Below are positions 53,470 to 63,800 of a stretch of 64,000 nucleotides of DNA, one piece after another. Position 1 is the stretch's first letter; the number at the start of each line of letters is the position of its first letter. The position numbers and the translations under genes were made by a program. This DNA comes from an uncultured Acidobacteriota bacterium (GTDB lineage Bacteria; Acidobacteriota; Vicinamibacteria; Vicinamibacterales; 2-12-FULL-66-21). The stretch is from the NCBI GenBank assembly GCA_963797625.1, contig CAWCQI010000038.1, positions 34,009 to 98,008 of the forward strand, written 5' to 3'. The notes below the pieces were generated by a model. It worked only from the letters and a program-made list of their open reading frames with translations. It was not told the DNA's origin and ran no database searches.

Positions 53470-55198
53470 ATGACCGACACTAACAACCTCCCGGCCTGGG
53501 CCGCCGAGATGCGCGACCTGTTCAGGTCCGGTTCGGCCGCGCAGTTCCTGCTGCACGGCAGCGTCTTCGATGTCGTGCCACACGGCGGCAAGCTGCTCTC
53601 GGTCCCGGCCTTTCTCGAGCAGGTCATGTTCGCGAGCTACGACGTCGTGCTGCGCTACGACCGCAGCCGCGGCGTACGCGCTACGCGTGGTGGCGAGGAC
53701 TGGGGCGACTGGCTTCAGAACGCGCTCGGGCGCGAAGCCGCGACCCAGACGCTGATGCGCGAACCGGGTTCGGCGCTCGAGCTCATCGATCGGTATCTCC
53801 TGCGCACCCTCAACCTGCAGGCGCTTCCCGGCGGCGCTGGCGGCAAGCCGAAGCGAATCGCCGTGATCATCGAGTTCGCCGAGTTCGTGGTGCCCCGAGG
53901 CGACGCCTTGCAGCTCGGCGGGCCGTTCGCCGCCAATACGGTCAAGGTCCTCGGCTGGGCCAACGACCCCGCCGTCGTCCAATCCAACATCGTCACCGTG
54001 CTCCTCAGCGAGGGGCTGCACGATCTCAACGCGCTCGTCGTCGAGAATCCGCACGCGGCGGCCCTGCATCTCCCACTGCCCAACGAAACCGACATGCTGG
54101 CGTATCTGACCGCGCTTTCGACGACGCAGTTTCCTGATCTGATGGCAAAGTGCGACGTGCCAATCGAGACGCTGGCGGCGCGGTTGACCGGGCTCAGCCG
54201 CGTCGGCGCGCGGACGGCGATCGCGCTGGCGCTGGGGAACGACAAGCGGATTACCTCCGCCTGGCTCGGCCAGATCAAGAAGGAGCTCATCGAACGCGAA
54301 TGTCAGGGGCTGCTCGACTTCGTGGAATCCCCGTTCACGATGGATCACGTCGCCGGCATGGAACCCGTCAAGGCGTGGTTGCGCGAAGACACGGAGCTGC
54401 TGAAGAAGGGAGCGCTGCGGGCGCTGCCGATGGGGTACTTGATCTGCGGGCGGATCGGCACGGGCAAGACCTTTCTCGTCCAATGCTGGGCCGGCGAGCT
54501 CGGGATTCCCTGCGTCGTCTTCAAGAACTTCCGCGATCGCTGGGTCGGTGCGACCGAGTCGAATCTGGAGAAGATTTTCGCGATCCTGCGCGCGCTCGGA
54601 CAGGTCGTGGTGTTTGTCGACGAAGCTGACCAGGCCGCTGGCAAACGCGAAGGCGGGGACGGCGACAGCGGGCTGTCGGGCCGCGTCTACTCCATGCTCG
54701 CCAAGGAGATGTCAGACACCCGCAACCGCGGCCGGATCATCTGGGTCTTTGCGACGTCACGGCCGGACTTGCTCGAGGTCGACCTCAAACGGCAGGGGCG
54801 ACTGGACGTGCACATTCCCCTCTTTCCGCCGGAAACGCCCGCCGAACGCGAAGCGCTGCTCCTCGCGATTGCCAGAAAGCTGAAGTTTCCGCTGGCTGCC
54901 GGGGATCTACCACCGTTTGCCGATGACCTCCGCCTCGGGGGGAACGAGCTGGAGGGTGTCCTCGTCAGAGCATTACGAACCCATGAATTAAGTCCCGAGC
55001 CCAAGCGCCCCGTCAAGGACGTGCTGGCGGAGCTCCTGCGTGAGGTGCGGCCGAACCCGCATACGAGGAAACTGGAGTACATGGACCTCGTGGCGGTGAA
55101 GGAGTGTACAGGACGTGCGCTTTCTTCCGCAGCGGTTCCGTGACCTGACGCCAGAGGAGCTGGAAGAGCGAATCGATGAATTGAGGCGGTTCGTGTAG
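53470..55198 (+). CDS. Classical-clade AAA+ ATPase (about 575 aa) with a degenerate N-terminal domain; frameshift near 55111
   Basis: Walker A GRIGTGKT, pore loop RWVG, Walker B VVFVDEAD, SRH ATSRPDLLEVDLKRQGRLD; GGAG before ATG 53470. Confidence 0.9.
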
Positions 55199-55206
55199 GA
55201 GCGGAC

Positions 55207-55310
55207 GGCTCTAGGCTTCAGGGCTCTAGGCTTTAGCAAGTTCGTCGAAGACGTACTCGAAGGTTTTGCCAAAGCCTAGAGCCTAGAGCCAAGAGCCTGA
55301 GCCCTGAGCC
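55207..55310. repeat. Imperfect inverted repeat with 7-8 bp units (GGCTCTA / TAGAGCC)
   Basis: GGCTCTAGGCTTCAGGGCTCTAGGCTTT ... AAAGCCTAGAGCCTAGAGCCAAGAGCCTGAGCCCTGAGCC. Confidence 0.8.
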
Positions 55311-55318
55311 ATTCAGCC

Positions 55319-55324
55319 TACAAT
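55319..55324 (+). promoter_or_regulatory. Candidate internal -10 box upstream of pspA
   Basis: TACAAT followed by AAGGAG and ATG 55349. Confidence 0.45.
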
Positions 55325-55348
55325 GGCCCCCACAAGGAGACACACACG

Positions 55349-56080
55349 ATGTTTGCTCGCATCGGACGGCTGTTTCGCGGGTTCTTCGGACTGTTCATCA
55401 GCGGCATCGAAGAGGCCAACCCGGAAGCCCTGATGGAGGCGGCGCGGCAGGAGTTCCGGACCAAGATGACGCAGTACAACCTGGCACTCGCCAAGATGGC
55501 TGGCGTCGCCGAGCGACTCAAAGTCCAGGTGAACGGCAAGGCGGTCAAGGCGCAGGACCTCGAGCGCCGTATCCTGGCCAATCACCGCGCGGGCAACATG
55601 GAGCTGGCCGGCTCGCTCGCGCGCGAGCTGCAGGAGCTCAAGGCAGATCTCACCGTCGACTCCAGCGAGCTCAAGGAAACCGAGGAGGCCTATCAGGCCA
55701 ATCTTCGCCAGGCGAAGCTCGCGCAGCGAGAGTTCGAGGACAAGGTGCACCGCCTCGAAAAGCAGCTGTCGCAGGTCAAGATCAAGGAAGCGCAGGCCGA
55801 GGCCGCTTCGGCGCTCTCGAGCGTCGCGTTCAAGGTCGGCGACCTGGGCGATACGATGAAGACCGTCGAAGAGGTGCTGGCGAAGCGCTACGAAGTCTCG
55901 GCTGGCAAGGCGCGCCTCGCCAAGGACATGGTCGACATTGAGGCCGTGACCGAGAAGGAGAACGAGCGCAAGGCGCTCGAGCAGGTCGCCCTCGCGGAGT
56001 TCCTTGCCTCGCAGGGCATTCAAGCGACGCCGGCAACCGAACAGCCGGCGACAACGAAGGAGATCGGACCAGAGCGATGA
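55349..56080 (+). CDS. pspA: PspA/IM30 (Vipp1/ESCRT-III superfamily) protein
   Basis: 243 aa; N-terminal amphipathic helix MFARIGRLFRGFFGLFISGIE, EEANPEAL motif, long coiled-coil hairpin, C-terminal ALAEF helix. Confidence 0.85.
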   Translation: MFARIGRLFRGFFGLFISGIEEANPEALMEAARQEFRTKMTQYNLALAKMAGVAERLKVQVNGKAVKAQDLERRILANHRAGNMELAGSLARELQELKADLTVDSSELKETEEAYQANLRQAKLAQREFEDKVHRLEKQLSQVKIKEAQAEAASALSSVAFKVGDLGDTMKTVEEVLAKRYEVSAGKARLAKDMVDIEAVTEKENERKALEQVALAEFLASQGIQATPATEQPATTKEIGPER

Positions 56081-57732
56081 ACGGCCAGCCCCGCTTCACG
56101 ATCCTCGGCAAGTTGATCTCGATCGTGCTCGTCCTGGGCCTGATCGGCCTGGGGGTCTACATGATCCGGGGTCGATCGGGCAGCGCGCCCGGCGCCCCGG
56201 CCGGGACCGCCGAAGGCACGAGTTCGACTGAAGTGTCGGAGGTCAAAGTCGAAGTCCCCAAACTCTCGCCTCCGGGCGCTTTTCAGTTCAAGGACAACAT
56301 CGTCCCGATCGAGATCAGTGAATACGCCGGCTATGCCGGGCTGATCGCGGCCAACGGCGGGCTGGAACCGACCGAGAACTCGCTGTTCTTCAAGAACCAC
56401 GGGTTCAAGGTCCGATTGACGATCAGCGAGGACGAGTCGTGGTCGGAATTCAACGAAGGCAAGATGGCCGCCTCGGTAACGACGGTCGACGTGCTCGCTG
56501 CCTACGGCAAGCAGCTGCATGCCGTGGTGCCGGCGCAGATTGGGTTCTCGCGCGGCGCCGACGGGATCGTGGTCCGGAGCGACATCAAGCGGATCAACCA
56601 GCTGAAAGGCAAGACGATCGCGACGGCGCAGTTCACCGAGGTTGACTTCTTCATCCGCTACCTCGCGCAGGAAGCAGGTCTGCCCATCAACACGCTGGGG
56701 AGCCTCGACGCGACCCCGCATCCTGACCGGCTGAATATCGTCTACACAGAGGACGGGTTCGGCGCTGGCGATCTCTTTCTCAAGGAGATGAAGTCGGGGA
56801 AGAACCGGCTCGCCGGCTGCGTCACCTGGGAGCCGAAAGTCTCGGAGGTCGTCGACGGCAGCGGCGGCCAGGCGCACGTGCTCGTCACCAACCGCAACCT
56901 GCTCATCATCGCCGACGTGCTGATCGTGCACCGCGGCTTCGCGCAGGAGCAGCCGAAGATCGTCGAGGGGCTGGTGCAGGGCCTGCTCGAGGGTAACCGG
57001 ATGGTGCGCGATCGGCCCGACCAGTACCTCGACGTGATCGGCCGGTCGTTCAAGTGGAGCCGCGACGATACCAAGGGTGAGCTCGCGAACGTCCACCTGT
57101 CGAACCTGCCGGAGAACGTCGCGTTCTTCTCGGGCGCGATCGACGCAGCCGGCAGCTTCGAGAGCATCTACCAGTCGGCAGTGCTCGCCTACGGCAGCGA
57201 TCTCATCAAGGATCCGCCCGACGCGAGCCGGTTCGCCAGCCTGGCGGCGCTGCAAACGATCGAAAAGAGCGGCATCTTCAAGGATCAGAAAGTGGCGATC
57301 GCGCCAATCCGCTCCGGCGGCGGCGCCTCGCTCGAGTCCGATCCGCTCCTCAGCAAGGACATCCGGTTCCTGTTCGAAGCGAACTCAGCGACGCTCGACA
57401 TGTCGAACCAGGAGAACGTCAAGAACCTCGAGGCGATCAAAAAGCTGCTGCAGGTGAGCCCCGGCTCGACATTGCTGCTGCGCGGCCACGTCGACAACGC
57501 CATGGTCGACGAGTTCCGCAAAAAGGGCGGCGAGGCCTACGTCCGTTCGATGGCGCTGCGCGCGATGTCGCTCAGCAAGGACCGGGCCGGCGAGATTCGC
57601 AAACTGCTGGTCGAGAAGTACAGCATCGACGTCAAGCGGATCGAAACCGTCGGCCGCGGCTGGGAAGAGCCGGCCGGACCCAGCTCGGATCAGAATCGCC
57701 GCGTTGAGGTGCAGTGGTTCACGATTGAGTGA
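56077..57732 (+). CDS. Membrane-anchored solute-binding (SsuA/NMT1-like) plus OmpA-like domain fusion
   Basis: N-terminal TM; SRGADGIVV, QLKGKTIA, VTWEP; C-terminal FEANSATL, RGHVDN, LSKDRA, GRGWEEP, NRRVEV; ATGA overlap with pspA. Confidence 0.88.
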   Translation: MNGQPRFTILGKLISIVLVLGLIGLGVYMIRGRSGSAPGAPAGTAEGTSSTEVSEVKVEVPKLSPPGAFQFKDNIVPIEISEYAGYAGLIAANGGLEPTENSLFFKNHGFKVRLTISEDESWSEFNEGKMAASVTTVDVLAAYGKQLHAVVPAQIGFSRGADGIVVRSDIKRINQLKGKTIATAQFTEVDFFIRYLAQEAGLPINTLGSLDATPHPDRLNIVYTEDGFGAGDLFLKEMKSGKNRLAGCVTWEPKVSEVVDGSGGQAHVLVTNRNLLIIADVLIVHRGFAQEQPKIVEGLVQGLLEGNRMVRDRPDQYLDVIGRSFKWSRDDTKGELANVHLSNLPENVAFFSGAIDAAGSFESIYQSAVLAYGSDLIKDPPDASRFASLAALQTIEKSGIFKDQKVAIAPIRSGGGASLESDPLLSKDIRFLFEANSATLDMSNQENVKNLEAIKKLLQVSPGSTLLLRGHVDNAMVDEFRKKGGEAYVRSMALRAMSLSKDRAGEIRKLLVEKYSIDVKRIETVGRGWEEPAGPSSDQNRRVEVQWFTIE

Positions 57733-57739
57733 TGTGATT

Positions 57740-57854
57740 CGGGGCTCAGGGGTCAGGGCTCGGGGCTCAGAAGAGCATTCCGATCCTAGTCGAATGATTG
57801 GGATGAAGCCTGGTCTGATCCCCGATTCCTGGATCCCTGATCCCTGACCCCTGA
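57740..57854. repeat. Degenerate heptamer-armed inverted repeat (GGGCTCR/GGGGTCA versus GATCCCT/GACCCCT)
   Basis: CGGGGCTCAGGGGTCAGGGCTCGGGGCTCAG ... CTGATCCCCGATTCCTGGATCCCTGATCCCTGACCCCTGA. Confidence 0.7.
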
Positions 57855-57871
57855 CGACAACGAGACAATAC

Positions 57872-59344
57872 ATGCCCACTCTCTACACCCAGCTCTATCG
57901 ACGACACGGTAAGCCCGACGGCATCACGCGGCGCGAAATGCTCCAGCGGTCGCTCGGCGCTGCGGCGGCGTTGTTGATGAGCGACGGCCTCATGGCGCTG
58001 CCGCGCGCGGCGGCTGGCCGGGTCGTCGTCATTGGCGGCGGGTTCAGCGGTCTGGCCGCGGCCTACGAGTTGTCGAAGGCCGGGTATGACGTCACCGTCG
58101 CCGAAGCGCGCAACCGCGTCGGCGGGCGCGTCATCAGCTTCTCCGATCTCGTGGCGGGAAAGAACGTCGAGGGCGGCGGCGAGCTGATTGGCTCCAATCA
58201 TCCCGCGTGGGTCGGCTACGCCAAACAGTTCGGGCTCAAGTTCCTCGATGTCAGCGAAGAGGATCTGGAGGCGCCGATCGTGCTCGGCGGGAAGCGCCTG
58301 ACCTCGGACGAATCCGACGCGCTCTGGGAGGAGATGGAGAAGGCGTTCAATACGATCGTCACCGACGCCGCCAAGGTCGACGCCGACGAGCCATGGAAAG
58401 CGGCCAACGCCGAAGCGCTCGACAAGCGAACACTGGCGTCGTGGATCAACGACCTCGGCGCGTCGCCTCTCTGCAAGACCGGCCTGCACACGATGATGAT
58501 GGCCGACAACGGCATGGTCACCCAGTGGCAGAGCTATCTCGGCAACCTCGCGATGGTCAAGGGCGGCGGCCTCGACAAGTACTGGACCGAATCAGAGGTC
58601 TATCGCTGCCAGGGCGGCAACCAGCAACTCGCGCGCAAGTTCGTCGACGCGATCGGCCCCGCAAAGGTGCTGACGCGGACGATCGTTCGCTCCATCGCCG
58701 TCACCGATAGCGGCGTTCGAGTCACGCTCGCCAATGGGAAGGTGCTCGAAGGCGACCATGTCGTGCTGACGGCGCCGCCGCCGGTCTGGAATCGCATCGC
58801 CATCGATCCAGCGCTGCCGACTGGGCTGGTGCCGCAGATGGGCACCAACGTCAAATTCCTGATGGCGGTCAACGGACCTTTCTGGCGGCGCGCTGAGCTC
58901 GGCCCCGAGATGATGACCGACGGTCCGATCTCGGCAACCTGGCACGGCACCGACGGGCAGCGCGGCCCCGGCGAGGCGCTGGTCTGCTTCTCGGGCGGGA
59001 CCGCGGCCGACACCTGCCGCGAGTGGACGCCCACCGCGCGCACGGAGAACTATCTCGCTGAACTGCAGAAGGTCTACAAAGGCATTCGTCCGAGCTTCGT
59101 GCGCGCGCGCTTCATGGACTGGCCGTCCGATCCGTGGGTCAAAGCGTCGTACTCCTTCCCCGCTCCCGGCCAGGTCACGACACAGGGGCCGACGTTCAGG
59201 CAAGGGCTCGGCCGCCTGCACTTTGCCGGTGAGTACACGAGCTACGCCTTCATGGGCTACATGGAAGGCGCGCTCAACTCGGGCGCGGCCGTGGCGCGCC
59301 GGATCGCCGTCAAGGACGGCGTCGTGAAAGGCACCCCTGCGTGA
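57872..59344 (+). CDS. Flavin monoamine oxidase family protein with Tat signal
   Basis: TRREML twin-arginine motif plus hydrophobic stretch; GGGFSGLAAAYEL, EARNRVGGRV, LHFAGEYT..GYMEGALNSG. Confidence 0.9.
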   Translation: MPTLYTQLYRRHGKPDGITRREMLQRSLGAAAALLMSDGLMALPRAAAGRVVVIGGGFSGLAAAYELSKAGYDVTVAEARNRVGGRVISFSDLVAGKNVEGGGELIGSNHPAWVGYAKQFGLKFLDVSEEDLEAPIVLGGKRLTSDESDALWEEMEKAFNTIVTDAAKVDADEPWKAANAEALDKRTLASWINDLGASPLCKTGLHTMMMADNGMVTQWQSYLGNLAMVKGGGLDKYWTESEVYRCQGGNQQLARKFVDAIGPAKVLTRTIVRSIAVTDSGVRVTLANGKVLEGDHVVLTAPPPVWNRIAIDPALPTGLVPQMGTNVKFLMAVNGPFWRRAELGPEMMTDGPISATWHGTDGQRGPGEALVCFSGGTAADTCREWTPTARTENYLAELQKVYKGIRPSFVRARFMDWPSDPWVKASYSFPAPGQVTTQGPTFRQGLGRLHFAGEYTSYAFMGYMEGALNSGAAVARRIAVKDGVVKGTPA

Positions 59345-60114
59345 GCCGCGGCAACACCTGGCTCATCCTCGGCCTGATCGCGCTGATCGTCGTCTTCAAG
59401 GCGGCGCAGCGCGATCCCCAACAGCAGCCGCGATCGGACGAACGAGCGGCGCGGGCCGCGCTCGAGCTCGATGAGGAGCTCAGGCCGGGCAAGACCGTCG
59501 AGCCCAAAGACGGTCTCGCCGCGGCCATCGCCATCGACGTGTCGGGCAGCATGGATGAGAAGGTCGCGGGACGTGATGGACAGAAGGAGCCGAAGATAGA
59601 GATCGCGCGCCGCGCGGCGCTCGATCTCGTCGATCAATTCGTCAGCTACGCGCGCGGTCACCAGGACGAGCCTGTCCTCCTTGGCGTGTACGAGTTCAGC
59701 CGCCGCCGTGGCGAGCCCGACTGCCGGCCCGTCGTCGCGATGGGCCCACCGGATCGCGAACGCGCCGCCGCGGCCATCGCTCGACTCGATGCCGACGGCG
59801 GCACGCCGATCGGGCAGGCCATGATCACCGCCAAGCGCGCGCTCGACGAAACGGGCCTCACTCGCCGCCATCTCCTGGTCGTCACCGATGGTGAGAATAC
59901 TGATGGCGTAGCGCCCGATCGGGTCGCGCTCGCGATCGGCAAGCGGCCCGACGCCGAACGCCCATCGATCTACTTCGTGGCATTCGACATCGAGGCCAAT
60001 CGTTTCAGCCGCGTCCGAGACGCCGGCGGTCTGGTGCTGTCGGCGGCAAATGCCAGCGAGCTGAACACGACCCTCGATGCGCTCCTGAGCGACAAGATTC
60101 TCATCGAGAAGTGA
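59341..60114 (+). CDS. Membrane-anchored vWA domain protein
   Basis: N-terminal TM; MIDAS DVSGSM, GGTPIG, VVTDGEN; GTGA overlap with the oxidase. Confidence 0.9.
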   Translation: MSRGNTWLILGLIALIVVFKAAQRDPQQQPRSDERAARAALELDEELRPGKTVEPKDGLAAAIAIDVSGSMDEKVAGRDGQKEPKIEIARRAALDLVDQFVSYARGHQDEPVLLGVYEFSRRRGEPDCRPVVAMGPPDRERAAAAIARLDADGGTPIGQAMITAKRALDETGLTRRHLLVVTDGENTDGVAPDRVALAIGKRPDAERPSIYFVAFDIEANRFSRVRDAGGLVLSAANASELNTTLDALLSDKILIEK

Positions 60115-60376
60115 GCAAACGCTCCAGGCCTGTGGAGTGGACGGAGGCAACGGATTCACCGCGGAGATGAGATGAAGCTCTTCTCCGAACTGCTCTGAAC
60201 TTCTCCGTACTTTCCAAACTCACACTCCCCCGCACACGACCCGCACACACGCTGTTCGATTCTCGCGACCGATGCGTTGATCAGTCAGACGGCCGGTGCC
60301 CGGCGCGCTACGCGCTTTCTGCCTGCAAGCGCGGAAATTAATCCGGCTGACTCAGCCATATCTGATTTGTTGGGCG

Positions 60377-60385
60377 TGCTAAAAT
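60377..60385 (+). promoter_or_regulatory. Extended -10 promoter candidate for the EACC1-caspase pair
   Basis: TGCTAAAAT (TGnTAnnnT) in an AT-richer 336-bp intergenic region. Confidence 0.45.
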
Positions 60386-60450
60386 CGGCGAAAAATCGTT
60401 AGATTTCGCGCCCGTCGGCTGCGTCTAATCTGGAGCAAGGAGACCGATCG

Positions 60451-60873
60451 ATGCCCGGCGATCCACGCGCCACGAGCTTCACGATTGTCGTCGATGCTGG
60501 CAAGGATGCCCTCGCCGAAGACGTCGACGCGCTGACACGACAACTGCGCACCGAGATCCAGGACTTCGGCGTCGAGGCCGTCACACTCCAGACGGCCGGC
60601 AGCGCGCCTGCGGGCAGCAAGTCTATGGAAGCGATGACGATCGGCGCGCTCGCGGTCGCCGTCGTCCCGCAGCTGCTGCCAAAACTCATCGAATTTCTTC
60701 AGGCCTGGTCACTCCGCGGCAAGGACCGCACCGTGAAGATCAAAGCCAGCGTTGGCGATCGTTCGGTCGACATCGAATATCCGGAAGGCGCGTCTGAAGA
60801 GGCGGTGCAGGAGCTCATCCAGAAGATGACCGACACGCTCACACCACCGTCAGCCACGCCACGTCCGCAATAG
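60451..60873 (+). CDS. EACC1-like small protein (effector-associated constant component) with one hydrophobic segment
   Basis: LTRQLRTEI...APAGSKS...IGALAVAVVPQLLPKLIEFLQAW..R...VKIK pattern; AAGGAG; 13 nt upstream of a caspase. Confidence 0.75.
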   Translation: MPGDPRATSFTIVVDAGKDALAEDVDALTRQLRTEIQDFGVEAVTLQTAGSAPAGSKSMEAMTIGALAVAVVPQLLPKLIEFLQAWSLRGKDRTVKIKASVGDRSVDIEYPEGASEEAVQELIQKMTDTLTPPSATPRPQ

Positions 60874-60886
60874 ACCCTGGGTCGTC

Positions 60887-63800
60887 ATGGCGCGCAAGCT
60901 CGCGCTCATCATCGGGAACAGTCAGTACCGACGACGCGGGCCTCGCTCGGCTTGCCGCGCCGGACGTCGACGTCCGCGCGCTGGCGGAAGTCCTCAGCAC
61001 CCCCGGCATCGGCGCCTTCGACGAAGTCGTTCCCCTCCTGAACGAAGGCCTCGCGACCGTCCGCAGGGCGATCGCGCGATTCTTCGATGCCAAGCATCGC
61101 GACGATCTCCTGATGCTCTATTTCTCCGGCCACGGCGTACGAGACGAGCAGGGCCATCTCTATCTGGCAGTCCGGGACACGGAACGCGCGATCCTCGCCG
61201 GCACGGCCATCGAGGCCTCGTATGTGACGACGCGGATGGATCGCAGCGCATCGAAGCGCCTGGTGCTCGTCCTCGACTGCTGTCACAGTGGCGCGTTCGG
61301 CTATGGCGCCAAGGCGGCACAGGGCGCAACGGTCGGGACGGCCACGGCCTTCGAAGGCACGGGGCGCGGGCGCGTCGTCCTCACCGCGACCGATTCGACA
61401 CAGTACGCGTGGGAAGGCGATCAGGTTCTCGGCGAGGTCGAGAACTCACTGTTTACGCACTACATGATCGAAGGGCTGCGCACCGGGGCCGCCGATCGTG
61501 ACGAAGACGGGCTGATCACGATCGACGAGCTCTACGACTACGTCTACGAACACGTCCTCAACGACACGCCGAAACAGACACCTGGCAAGTGGGCGTTCGG
61601 ACAGCAGGGCGAGATCGTCATCGCGCACAACGCCGCCGCGAGCCGGACAAAGCTCCCGCCCGAAATCGAGGAGGCGGTGCGCAGCACGCTGCCAAGCGTC
61701 CGCCTGGAGGCGGTCCGAGAGCTCGACATTATCCTTCGCGGGCGACATGCGGGACGCTCGAACGCGGCCCGGGAGGTGCTGAAGCGGCTCGCGGAGGACG
61801 ACAGCCGCCGAGTGGCGGCGGCAGCGGTTGAGATGCTGAAGGCCTTCGAGCTCGGCGGAAGGCCGGTGCAGCCCGAGACGATCGCTCGCGAAATAGAAAT
61901 CGAGAAGAAGAAAGAGGTCGAACGCGGAGAAACGGCGCGTGTCGAGGCGGCGCAGGTCAAAGCGGCGCTCGAAGCGGCGCGCGTCGAGGCGGCGCGGATC
62001 GAGGCAGCGCGTGTCGAAGCGGAACGGGTCGAAGCGGCGCGGGTCGAAGCGGCGCGCGTCGAGGCAGCGCGGGTCGAAGCGGCGCGGGTCGAAGCGGCGC
62101 GGGTCGAGGCGGAGCGGATCGAAGCGGCGCGGGTCGAAGCGGCGCGAGTCGAGGCGGCGCGCGTCGAGGCGGCGCGTGTCGAGGCTGAGCGCGTACAGGC
62201 GGAGCGCGCCGCGCGAGCGGCGGCAGTCGCGGAGCAGCTGGTCGCGGCCGAGGCTGCGCTGACCCGCGGCGCGTTGGACGATGTAAGGGAACGACTCGAC
62301 AAGGCGCTCGAGATTGAACCGCAGCACGCGGGCGCGCTCAAACTTGTGGCGACGCTCCAGCAGCGGATTGAGGAACGAACTCGACTCGAAGAAGCCGAGC
62401 GCCGGATCCGCGAGCTTCGTCAGAAGATCGGAACGCTCATCGCGCGCGCCAACGCCACCGATTCGGACGCCGAGGCAATCGCGCTGCTTGATGAGGCGCT
62501 CGGGCTCGATCCGGAGCACGCCGAAGTCAAGGAACTACTCGAGGAACGGCACCGGCTGCGCGCCGAGGCCGAGGCCGCAGAGCGACGGGCACGCAGCATC
62601 GCCACGGTTCAAGAACGAATCGCCCGACACCTCGAACGTGGCGAGCTCGAGGACGCGGAACATGCGCTCGCCAGCGCAGACGCGCTGGGCGCGCCAGCCG
62701 AGGTCTTTGCGCCGCTCCGCGAGCGTCTCGCGCAACTCCACGACAAGCGCCGCCGCGACGCGGAGGAAGCGATCCGCCTCAAGGCCGAGGCCGAGAAGCG
62801 GGCGCGGGCCGACGAGATCGCGCAGCATCTCGAATCGGCGCGCAAGGCCATCGGCCAGCAGCGATTCGACGAGGCGCTCGAGACGCTTCGTCAGGCGTCC
62901 GCCCTCGACGCCAAGGCCCCTGGCATATCGGAGCTCGTTTCAAGCGCCGAAGCCGGCAAGGCGGCGCTCGAAGCCGAGGCCAAGAAGCGTCAGGAAATCG
63001 ACAACCATCTGAACGAGGCGTCTCGGCACCTGACGAAAGGTCACCTGACCAAGGCGATCGTCATCACCGACGTCCTTCTCGGGCTGGATCCCAATCACCC
63101 GGCTGCCAAGCTCCTGCATGAGCAGATCCAGAAGGCGATCGAGGGGCAGAAGGAGGCCGAGCGGAAGGCGGCCCAGGAACGGGAGCGGCAACGGCAGATC
63201 GAAGACATGATCGCCACGGCCGAGGCGGCTCCGACCCACGACACCGCGATTGAAATCCTCAACGACGTCCTCAGGCGGGATCCCGGCAACGCCAAAGCGG
63301 GGCGTTTGCTGGACAAGCGGCAGGCGGATCTCGACGCGCTCAAAGCCGAGCAGCGGCGCAGCGAGATCGCGGCGGCGCAGCAGACGATCGAAGAACACTT
63401 GACGCGCAACGAGCTCGACCTCGCGGGCACCGAGCTCGATGCGGCCGAAGGTCGCTTCCAGTCGACGGCAGAGTTCCGCGCGCTGCGCGAGCGGCTGCAA
63501 GGCGTGCGTCGGAAGGAAGAACTCGACCGACTGGCGCGCGCGGCCGTCGAGCAGGCTCAGGAAGATTTCGCGCGCGGCAACCATCAGCGCGCCATCGCGG
63601 ATCTGAGCAAGTTCAAGCCCGCTCACGACAGGGTATCGGCAGCCATTCGGGCGCTTGAAGGCACAGGCCGAGGAAATCCGGCGCGTCCGAGAGGAACAGG
63701 AAGCGCGAGCCAGGATCGAAGCCGAACGCGCTGCCCGCGAGGAGCGCGTGGCGCGCTTGATGGCCGCGGCGCAGGCGGCCGTCAATCAGCAGCGGTTCCA

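Noticed and set aside
61968-62207. Possible CRISPR or non-coding repeat
   Set aside because: Contiguous 15-bp units in frame within the caspase gene, varying mainly at third codon positions
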